A stretch of DNA of 64,000 nt, taken from the NCBI GenBank assembly GCA_964016885.1, contig OZ024761.1, positions 3,472,001 to 3,536,000 on the forward strand. The letters run 5' to 3'. The notes beneath the pieces were generated by a model. That model was given only the letters and a program-made list of their open reading frames with translations, did no database searches and was not told the DNA's origin. The translations under genes were made by a program, and so were the position numbers. Source of the DNA: Eledone cirrhosa. Taxonomy: Eukaryota. Within the stretch, counting starts at the first letter, position 1; every line of letters begins with the position of its first letter. Shown here piece by piece: positions 52,501 to 64,000 of this stretch.

Positions 52501-55500
52501 CATCTAGGACCACATACAACACACAAGCAGGTAATACACACATCTAGGACCACATACAACACACCAGCAGGTAATACACACATCTAGGACCACATACAAC
52601 ACACAAGCAGGTAATACACACATCTAGGACCACATACAACACACAAGCAGGTAATACACACATCTAGGACCACATACAACACACAAGCAGATAATACACA
52701 CATCTAGGACCACATACAACACACAAGCAGATAATATACACATCTAGGACCACATACAACACACAAGCAGGTAATACATACATCTAGGACCACATACAAC
52801 ACACCAGCAGGTAATACACACATCTAGGACCACATACAACACACAAGCAGGTAATACATACATCTAGGACCACATACAACACACCAGCAGGTAATACACA
52901 CATCTAGGACCACATACAACACACCAGCAGGTAATAGACACATCTCGGACCACATACAACACACCAGCAGGTAATACACACATCTAGGACCACATACAAC
53001 ACACCAGCAGGTAATACACACATCTAGGACCACATACAACACACCAGCAGGTAATACACACATCTAGGACCACATACAATACACAAGCAGGTAATACAGA
53101 CATCTAGGACCACATACAAACAACACACAAGCAAGTAATACACACATCTAGGACCACATACAACACACAAGCAGGTAATACACACATCTAGGACCACATA
53201 CAACACACCAGCAGGTAATACACACATCTAGGACGACATACAACACACCAGCAGGTAATACACACATCTAGGACCACATACAATACACAAGCAAGTAATA
53301 CACACATCTAGGACCACATACAACACACCAGCAGGTAATACACACATCTAGGACCACATACAACACACCAGCAGGTAATACACACATCTAGGACCACATA
53401 CAACACACCAGCAGGTAATACACACATCTAGGACCATATACAACACACAAGCAAGTAATACACACATCTAGGACCACATACAACACACCAGCAGGTAATA
53501 CACACATCTAGGACCACATACAACACACAAGCAGGTAATACACAGATCTAGGACCACATACAACACACCAGCAGGTAATACACACATCTAGGACCACATA
53601 CAACACACAAGCAGGTAATACATACATCTAGGACCACATACAACACACCAGCAGGTAATACACACATCTAGGACCACATACAACACACCAGCATGTAATA
53701 CACACATCTAGGACCAGATACAACACATAAGCAGGTAATACACACATCTAGGACCACATACAACACACAAGCAGGTAATACATACATCTAGGACCACATA
53801 CAACACACCAGCAGGTAATACACACATCTAGGACCACATACAATACACAAGCAAGCAGGTAATACACACATCTAGGACCACATACAACACACAAGCAGGT
53901 AATACATACATCTAGGACCACATACAACACACCAGCATGTAATACACACATCTAGGACCACATACAACACATAAGCAGGTAATACACACATCTAGGACCA
54001 CATACAACACACAAACAGGTAATACACACATCTAGGACCACATACAACACACCAGCAGGTAATACATACATCTAGGACCACATACAACACAAAAGCAGGT
54101 AATACATACATCTAGGACCACATACAACACACCAGCATGTAATACACACATCTAGGACCACATACAACACATAAGCAGGTAATACACACATCTAGGACCA
54201 CATACAACACACCAGCAGGTAATACATACATCTAGGACCATATACAACACACAAGCAAGTAATACACACATCTAGGACCACATACAACACACCAGCAGGT
54301 AATACACACATCTAGGACCACATACAACACACAAGCAGGTAATACACACATCTAGGACCACATACAACACACCAGCAGGTAATACATACATCTAGGACCA
54401 TATACAACACACAAGCAAGTAATACACACATCTAGGACCACATACAACACACCAGCAGGTAATACACACATCTAGGACCACATACAACACACAAGCAGGT
54501 AATACACACATCTAGGACCACATACAACACACCAGCAGGTAATACATACATCTAGGACCATATACAACACACAAGCAAGTAATACACACATCTAGGACCA
54601 CATACAACACACAAGCAGGTAATACACACATCTAGGACCATATACAACACACCAGCAGGTAATACACACATCTAGGACCACATACAACACACCAGCAGGT
54701 AATACACACATCTAGGACCACATACAACACACCAGCAGGTAATACACACATCTAGGACCACATACAACACACAAGCAGGTAATACACACATCTAGGACCA
54801 CATACAACACACAACCAGGTAATACACACATCTAGGACCACATACAACACACCAGCAGGTAATACACACATCTAGGACCACATACAATACACAAGCAGGT
54901 AATACACACATCTAGGACCACATACAACACACCAGCAGGTAATACACACATCTAGGACCACATACAACACACAAGCAGGTAATACATACATCTAGGACCA
55001 CATACAATACATAAGCAGGTAATACATACATCTAGGACCACATACAATACATAAGCAGGTAATACATACATCTAGGACCACATACAATACATAAGCAGGT
55101 AATACATACATCTAGGACCACATACAACACACCAGCAGGTAATACACACATCTAGGACCACATACAACACACAAGCAGGTAATACACACATCTAGGACCA
55201 CATACAACACACCAGCAGGTAATACACACATCTAGGACCACATACAACACACCAGCAGGTAATACACACATCTAGGACCACATACAACACATAAGCAGGT
55301 AATACACACATCTAGGACCACATACAACACACCAGCAGGTAATACACACACCTAGGACCACATACAACACATAAGCAGGTAATACAGACATCTAAGACAA
55401 CATACAACACACAAGCAGGTAATACACACATCTAAGACAACATACAACACATAAGCAGGTAATACACACATCTAGGACCACATACAACACATAAGCAGGT

Positions 55501-55527
55501 AATACACCTATCTAGGACCACATACAA
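46543..55527. repeat. 40-bp satellite array, ~9 kb (~225 copies)
   Basis: Unit caacacacaagcaggtaatacacacatctaggaccacata with variants. Confidence 0.98.
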
Positions 55528-55529
55528 TA

Positions 55530-57372
55530 AAAAGCAGGTGAAAGGGGTGAACAAACGAAGCACTGCCAGAACAAAAGATAACAATATTGCGAGGAGCACT
55601 GAGAATCCCCTCCAGTAATTTTTGAGACCAGCCAGCACACTCGCAGTGTTACTTCGTGTGTTGGTGAGGCTGAGGCGCTGGAACAACCTTGCACCTCCAT
55701 GAGCATCACCAGTTACCTCAGTTAGGCGAGACACCAGTGAAAAGAAGAACCTCGCTGTTAGGGGCCCAAATCTCTCAAACATCTCGAACGCCACAGGCTG
55801 GAAAAGGTAGTTAACTGACAGATCTTAATATTTCATTCCATTTGGCTACCGAAGCTGTAGCTCTCACCCTAACCACAGCATCCAGGATGTGGGAAGAAGC
55901 AAAAGAGTCACTAACTGTGACATCCCAGATAAGACACCTGCCTCTTATCCAGGGGTACAGAGTAAGACCATCAGGCCTTTTCCTATAAATTCTGGACAAC
56001 CCAGACGGTTCCGAAATTGAGAGATGTTTGCCCGAACCAAAGCTCTCTTGATGATGAGGTTTAGCTCAGTGTGACGTATGAAATGACTAGCATTCAGCCT
56101 GCTAGATAGACTGTGAAGGCCTGTGGAGTGGGGGAGCCTACCACACCCACATTGTAGACCTGTACAGACGTCAGCTCCCATTCTGAAGGCAATGGGGACA
56201 CAAAGCTCATCCAAGCTGAGTAGGCCACCAATGTTAGCCACAGGTAGGACATCAATCCAGTCACCTGAGTATTTGACGTAGGCAGCCCCTTGAGAAATGA
56301 TATGACTGGTCGAAGAGAGTCAAAGGTGGCCTTTGAATGTATGTTGTCCCAAACTCTGTCTCCATTTGTCCTCCACCTTGTCAGGAACAGACAAACCCAA
56401 CTCTCTCCATCGTAGAAGAGCTTCATCCATCTCCCTTTTGGAACTCGTCCATGTTGGAAAGGAGAGGATGTTGCTCACCAGGGTGGAGCAAACATTGGTG
56501 GAGGAAAGGAAGCAAGGGAGAGAGAGGGGCAACACAGCCTGACCACAGGACTCTGGGGAGAGTCTGATATTGACCAAGCACTTGAATCTCTCGAAGATTA
56601 AGTCGTCAAACCTTTGGAGACATGACGAAAATCTGTGAAATGGGCTAACCCTGAGCATATGTAGAAGCTTAGGAATCGATACGTAATTCCTGAGTATAAG
56701 AAAACCTTGATGGGGCTCAGCTGCCTCAATATTCTGAAATAATTGCTCAAGGCAATCATCTGGGATTGGAAAATGGACTTAAAAGCAAGGTCTGTAATAG
56801 GGGCTCCTAAGGAGCACCATGTTGACAAGGGAGGGACCTCAGTGGAACGGCAGGACTGTGCAAACAGGTCAATTGTCTGCTGATGTTGAGAAGCTGGGTG
56901 GTTGAGAATCCAGAGCTCAAATTTGGAGCTATTGACCTGGAGACCACCGATGACCAAGGACTTCAATCATTTTATTTACAGTTGTAAAAACCCTATCCAG
57001 AGGACCCCACAAACAAACGTCATCAAGATATCAAACATTTAAATCCAGCTCAACCCCCATCTTGGTAATGTCATCAATGCCCAGTTCAAACAGAGTGGCC
57101 CTGTGTGGGTTACCATGTTGAACTCCTGAGGTAGAGATGATGATTTGGTCACCGAAAGAGAGGTAGGAGGGTTCCCGATAAGCCTGACAAGCAAAATGGT
57201 AGAGTTGTGGGACCTTCTCTCTTACTCAGCTGAGGACGACATCACAGCTGATGGAATTGAAGGCATTCTTGAGGTCAAGTTTGAGGATGTCCCTGGGGGA
57301 CATCGAGGGCAAGTTGGTAAAGGCTCTGATAGCGTGGGTAGCAGCCTCACACCCCAGCCTGGTACCCACCCC
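55530..57372 (-). mobile_element. Degenerate CRE-like non-LTR retrotransposon (RT plus restriction-like endonuclease)
   Basis: RHTELNLIIKRAL, KRPDGLTLYPWIRGRCLIWDVTVSD, AFEMFERFGP and LFQRLSL..RSN motifs in broken frames. Confidence 0.82.
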
Positions 57373-57480
57373 TAAAATTAATTAATGAAATAAATAAAAT
57401 AGTTAATTAAAATAAATGAAGATCGAATTTTTAGCTTCCTCCACACAAACGACTTACCGTTGTTGTTGTAAGACATACAA

Positions 57481-57950
57481 CAGGTGGGCTCCTGGTGAGG
57501 GTGCTTGGCTGTTTCAGTGCCTTAGCCTCGCCATCATCCAGCCTTACTGAGGTGTCAGGTGGGCTCATGGTGAGGGTGCTTGGTTGTTTCAGTGCCTTAG
57601 TCTCACCATCATCCAGCCTTACTGAGGTGTCAGGTGAGCTCATGGTGAGGGTGCTTGGTTGTTTCAGTGCCTTAGTCTCACCATCATCCAGCCTTACTGA
57701 GGTGTCAGGTGGGCTCATGGTGAGGGTGCTTGGTTGTTTCAGTGCCTTAGTCTCACCATCATCCAGCCTTACTGAAGTGTCAGGTGGGCTCCTGGTGAGG
57801 GTGCTTGGTTGTTTCAGTGCCTTAGTCTCGCCATCATCCAGCCTTACTGGCATGCCAGGTGATGCTCCTGGTAAGGGTGCTTGGTTGTTTCAGCACCTTA
57901 GCCTAGCCATCACCCATGGTAATGCTTCCAGTGTGTTAGCTTGCCTCAAA
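57481..57950 (+). repeat. 75-bp tandem repeat (5 copies) derived from the CRE-like C-terminal region
   Basis: 25-aa period in the ORF track; the following sequence GAWLFQHLSLAITHGNASSVLA matches GARLFQRLSLTNTRSNTASVLA of the minus-strand element. Confidence 0.85.
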
Positions 57951-58261
57951 GTGTTCTGTTCACCCTTATGGTGTGATGTGGAACCCATTATCACACTTGG
58001 TGCTGAATTGAGGGTCGTTTTTGCACCCCTTCTTTTTTCTCCATTGTAACTACACACTACAAACGTACAGAGCTTCCTCTTGCTTACTCCTGATTTTACT
58101 GAACACACACACACATTTTATATATATATAAAAGCTGAGCTCTTCCTATTACCCACTCGACTACTACCACAAGTATTGAGTACTCTGGTGCATTATGGTC
58201 CACCTGGTATCTTACCACACCCTCTTTGTTATACATATATATGTGTATGCATGTTCAGTAA

Positions 58262-58840
58262 AAATTGTTCTTACTCTGGCTACTGTACTTTCAGAACACC
58301 CACCTTCACTACTAATTTGGTCACCCAGGAATTTGGTAGCACGTTTCCTGTGGTCATTTGATGCTTACTATCCTGGTGCTACATGTAAAGCCTACATTCT
58401 TAGCTAAACTTCCTGAGATCCCACTACATCTCTTGTGTACATTTGCATTTGGGACAGAGAATGGAATTTCTACCTACACTTTCCTACATACTGAGCAAGG
58501 CCATTTCCCTGAGGGGATCAGGGTTCTGTTTTCTCTTCCAATTACGAGGACCAATTAGACCCCTTTTTCTAGGCCTTGCTTTCATGTTTGAATTTCTTCT
58601 CTACTATGGCCATAGATTCTGCTATGAGTGTAAGATCATCTGCTCCCATGGGCAGCCAGTCTTAAACTCCTCTGTTATAGCCAGCAGTACAATAACAGGA
58701 GAGGGCTAAGAACAGCGCCCTGGTGGATGCCAACCTGCATGTTAAATTCCTCACTATAGTCATTGTTAATCCTAACTTTGCTGACTGCTCCCCTATATGT
58801 ACAGCCTTCACAAGCCACTCTTTTACTCCTAGTTTTCTAT
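58262..58840 (-). mobile_element. Highly degenerate RTE family B fragment
   Basis: Nucleotide similarity to 16470-17130 (cccatgggcagccagtcttaaactcctctgttatagcc). Confidence 0.8.
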
Positions 58841-58844
58841 ATAA

Positions 58845-61800
58845 GTATACTATAGTACTACTAGATACTACATACATAATTTATAGAGTAGCACAAGACT
58901 TACCAATATATACAGTATACTATAGTACTATTAGATACTGTACATATATAGAGTAGCACAGGACTTACCAATATATACAGTATACTATAGTACTACTAGA
59001 TACTGTATATATAGAGTAGCACAGGACTTACCAATATATACAGTATACTATAGTACTACTAGATACTGTATATATAGAGTAGCACAGGACTTACCAATAT
59101 ATACAGTATACTATAGTACTACTAGATACTGTACATATATAGAGTAGCACAGGACTTACCAATATATACAGTATACTATAGTACTACTAGATACTGTATA
59201 TATAGAGTAGCACAGGACTTACCAATATATACAGTATACTATAGTACTACTAGATACTGTATATATAGAGTAGCACAGGACTTACCAATATATACAGTAT
59301 ACTATAGTACTACTAGATACTGTACGTATATAGAGTAGCAGAGGACTTACCAATATATACAGTATACTATAGTACTACTAGATACTGTACATATATAGAG
59401 TAGCAGAGGACTTACCAATATATACAGTATATTATAGTACGACTAGATACTGTACATATATAGAGTAGCACAGGACTTACCAATATATACAGTATACTAT
59501 AGTACTACAAGATACTGTATATATAGAGTAGCACAGGACTTACCAATATATACAGTATACTATAGTACTACTAGATACTGTACGTATATAGAGTAGCAGA
59601 GGACTTACCAATATATACAATATACTATAGTACTACTAGATACTGCACATATATAGAGTAGCAGAGGACTTACCAATATATACAGTATACTATAGTACTA
59701 CTAGATACTGTATATATAGAGTAGCACAGGACTTACCAATATATACAGTATACTATAGTACTACTTGATACTGTACATATAGAGTAGCACAGGACTTACC
59801 AATATATACAGTATACTATAGTACTACTAAATACTGTACATATATAGAGTAGCACAGGACTTACCAATATATACAGTATACTATAGTACTACTAGATACT
59901 GTATATATAGAGTAGCACAGGACTTACCAATATATACAGTATACTATAGTACTACATGATACTGTACATATAGAGTAGCACAGGACTTACCAATATATAC
60001 AGTATACTATAGTACTACTAGATACTGTACATATATAGAGTAGCACAGGACTTACCAATATATACAGTATACTATAGTACTACTAGATACTGTACATATA
60101 TAGAGTAGCACAGGACTTACCAATATATACAGTATACTATAGTACTACTAGATACTGTACATATATAGAGTAGCACAGGACTTACCAATATATACAGTAT
60201 ACTATAGTACTACTAGATACTGCACATATATAGAGTAGCACAGGACTTACCAATATATACAGTATACTATAGGACTACTAGATACTGTATATATAGAGTA
60301 GCACAGGACTTACCAATATATACAGTATACTATAGTACTACTAGATACTGTATATATAGAGTAGCACAGGACTTACCAATATATACAGTATACTATAGTA
60401 CTACTAGATACTGTATATATAGAGTAGCACAGGACTTACCAATATATACAGTATACTATAGTACTACTAGATACTGTATATATAGAGTAGCACAGGACTT
60501 ACCAATATATACAGTATACTATAGTACTACTAGATACTGTATATATAGAGTAGCACAGGACTTACCAATATATACAGTATACTATAGTACTACTAGATAC
60601 TGTACATATATAGAGTAGCACAGGACTTACCAATATATACAGTATACTATAGTGCAACTAGATACTGTATATATATAGAGTAGCACAGGACTTACCAATA
60701 TACACAGTATACTATAGTACTACTTGATACTGTATATATAGAGTAGCACAGGACTTACCAATATATACAGTATACTATAGTAGTACTAGATACTGTACAT
60801 ATATAGAGTAGCAGAGGACTTACCAATATATACAGTATACTATAGTACTACTAGATACTGTATATATATAGAGTAGCACAGGACTTACCAATATACACAG
60901 TATACTATAGTACTACTAGATACTGTATATATAGAGTAGCACAGGACTTACCAATATATACAGTATACTATAGTACTACTAGATACTGCACATATATAGA
61001 GTAGCACAGGACTTACCAATATATACAGTATACTATAGTACTACTAGATACTGTATATATATAGAGTAGCACAGGACTTACCAATATATACAGTATACTA
61101 TAGTACTACTAGATACTGTACATATATAGAATAGCAGAGGACTTACCAATATATACAGTATACTATAGTACTACTAGATACTGTATATATATAGAGTAGC
61201 ACAGGACTTACCAATATACACAGTATACTATAGTACTACTAGATACTCTACATATAGAGTAGCAGAGGACTTACCAATAAATACAGTATACTATAGTAGT
61301 ACTAGATACTGTACATATAGAGTAGCACAGGACTTACCAATATATACAGTATACTATAGTGCAACTAGATACTGTATATATATAGAGTAGCACAGGACTT
61401 ACCAATATACACAGTATACTATAGTACTACTTGATACTGTACATATATAGAGTAGCACAGGACTTACCAATATATACAGTATACTATATTACTACTAGAT
61501 ACTGTATATATATAGAGTAGCACAGGACTTATCAATATATACAGTATACTATAGTACTACTAGATACTGTACATATATAGAGTAGCACAGGACTTACCAA
61601 TATATACAGTATACTATAGTACTACTAGATACTGTACATATATAGAGTAGCACAGGACTTACCAATATATACAGTATACTATAGTACTACTAGATACTGT
61701 ATATATAGAGTAGCACAGGACTTCCCAATATATACAGTATACTATAGTACTACTAGATACTGTATATATAGAGTAGCACAGGACTTACCAATATATACAG

Positions 61801-62221
61801 TATACTATAGTAGTACTAGATACTCTACATATATAGAGTAGCACAGGACTTACCAATATATACAGTATACTATAGTACGACTAGATACTGTACATATATA
61901 GAGTAGCACAGGACTTACCAATATATACAGTATACTATATTACTACTAGATACTGTATATATAGAGTAGCACAGGACTTACCAATATATACAGTATACTA
62001 TAGTACTACTTGATACTGTACATATATAGAGTAGCACAGGACTTACCAATATATACAGTATACTATAGTACTACTAGCTACTGTACATATATAGAGTAGC
62101 ACAGGACTTACCAAAATATACAGTATACTATAGTACTACTAGATACTGTACATATATAGAGTAGCACAGGACTTACCAATATATACAGTATACTATAGTA
62201 CTACTAGATACTGTACATATA
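58845..62221. repeat. 63-67-bp satellite array (~52 copies)
   Basis: Unit tatactatagtactactagatactgta(ta)ngagtagcacaggacttaccaatatatacag. Confidence 0.97.
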
Positions 62222-63594
62222 CAATTTGGAGGGAAAAGGGAGAAATTGACCCCAGTACATTACTGGTACTGTATTTTTATCAATAAAAGGCGAAGGTAAC
62301 CTCGGCCCAACAGGTACATAACCAAACCTCCAGGACTTACAAATATATACAGCATAGTACAACTAGGTAGTGTACACACAGAAACATCACTGTACGTGGC
62401 CAGGGCACATTGAGCTGTGCTCAGTAATGCAATATAATAATTGTAATACTAATAATAATAGCTTCTACTTTAGGCACAAGGCAAGCAATTTCTTGGGGGG
62501 CGGGTCGATTAAATCTACCCCAGTTCATTACTGGTACTTTATCGATCCTCGAAAGGGTGAAAGGCAGAGCTAAGATCTGAACTCAGAACATAACTATGCC
62601 TTAGATCATGTTCGACGCTCTACCGGTTACTGTCAATCAACCGCCCTAATAATAATAATGATTTCTTTATTAACCACAAATGGTTTACATTAAGAAAACA
62701 TTGACAGGACAGAGAGAGACTGTGTGTGTGTGTGTTCATGTATCTGTGTGTGTGTGTGTCTGTGAGAGTGTGTGTGTGTATGTGTCAGTCTGTGTGTGTG
62801 TGTGTGTGTGTCTGTGAGTGTGTGTCTGTGAGTGTGTGTGTATGTGAGTGTGTATGTGAGTGTGTGTGTGTATGTCAGTCTGTGTGTGTATGTCAGTCTG
62901 TGTGTGTGTGTGTGTGTCTGTGAGTGTGTGTATCTGTGAGTGTGTGTGTGTCTGTGAGTGTCTGTGTCTGTGTGTGTGTGTGTGTGTGTGTCAGTCTGTG
63001 TATGTGTGTGTGTCTGTGAGTGTGTGTGTGTGTGTGTATGTGTCAGTCTGTGTGTGTGTGTCTGTGAGTCTGTGTGTGTGTGTGTCAGACTGTGTGTGTG
63101 TGTATATAAACAAATTTTAATAATAATTGATAAAAACCAAAAAATATATTTTGCAAGCTTCACTTTTTTTTTTTTTTTTCCTTTATTTTCAATTGACTTT
63201 AATTTAAATGACAAGAATGGATCTAGAAAGATAAAGTAGGGTGGAGTATAATGGTGGGGGATTGATGGTTGGGGTAGGGACAGTGGCCATCCATAGAGAG
63301 AGAGGGAGTCAGTTTAGAATTACAACAAAAAATGTGCTTAGATGTGAGTGAAAGCTGAACAGAAAGTATGTGTATGTATTATACACACACACACACACAC
63401 ACATCACATATATAAATATATTCACACACACCACATATATATAAATATATACACACACACACACCACATATATATATATCAGGATAGAACCAGTTTAAAA
63501 CTAGTTAGACCATTACGCTGTTGGGTAATGGTCTAAAAAGTTTGGAATTAGCTGTTGAAACGGCAAGAGCTCATCCATCGGGGTCCCGACTCTT

Positions 63595-63630
<36 letters not shown>

Positions 63631-64000
63631 AGTTTGATATAGAAATGGCTTCTATGGAACTAAAACTGTTTCATTCAGAAAAAAATCCTCTTCTGAATGA
63701 AACAATTCTAGTCCTGAAGAAGCCATTTTTATATCAAACTTGATGTTTACACTCTACTAATGTATTGAGTACCTTCCTAACTGTGGTTTCTCCCGACTGA
63801 ACCCAACACCCACATACACAGCCACACACATTATATAGTAAATTAGTTGCTACATATAAATTTCACGTACAAAACAGAAAGAAACAGAAATATTTACAAT
63901 AAACATAACAAAAATATTTATTTAAATAAAACAAAATTAAAATATAAATAAAAACTAAATAAAGATAAAAAGGTAAATAAATAAAAAAGAAAAAAACCCC

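Noticed and set aside
46543-62221. CRISPR-like arrays or Cys-rich peptide ORFs in the satellites
   Set aside because: Units are head-to-tail with no unique spacers, no cas genes are present, and the context is eukaryotic.

Overview
Repeat-rich metazoan genomic DNA. The (TA)n/(CA)n density, Nin-domain-type SINE, RTE, Tx1, CRE and Penelope elements suggest an octopus-like cephalopod; this is an inference, not a database match. Most ORF-track entries are microsatellite or TE artefacts. The one host protein gene is an intact 6-exon secreted S1A chymotrypsin-type protease (+; 3324-3390, 3962-4112, 4640-4767, 6967-7101, 8956-9101, 19984-20136; 259 aa) with a full catalytic triad but no IVGG activation motif. 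Three tRNA-Val genes (one TAC, two CAC) share one near-identical body. TE content includes RTE, Tx1/L1, CR1 and CRE LINE fragments, a non-autonomous Helitron and two large satellites (40-mer, ~9 kb; ~63-mer, ~3.4 kb). The most notable hidden layer is several sequence-unrelated families of short (TA)n-associated elements carrying type I hammerhead ribozyme folds, several with very long stem II inserts and palindromic loop III, often in fold-back arrangements. One lies in the 3' region of a Naiad-type Penelope GIY-YIG ORF, the likely mobilising machinery. All folds were derived by eye and none is tested.
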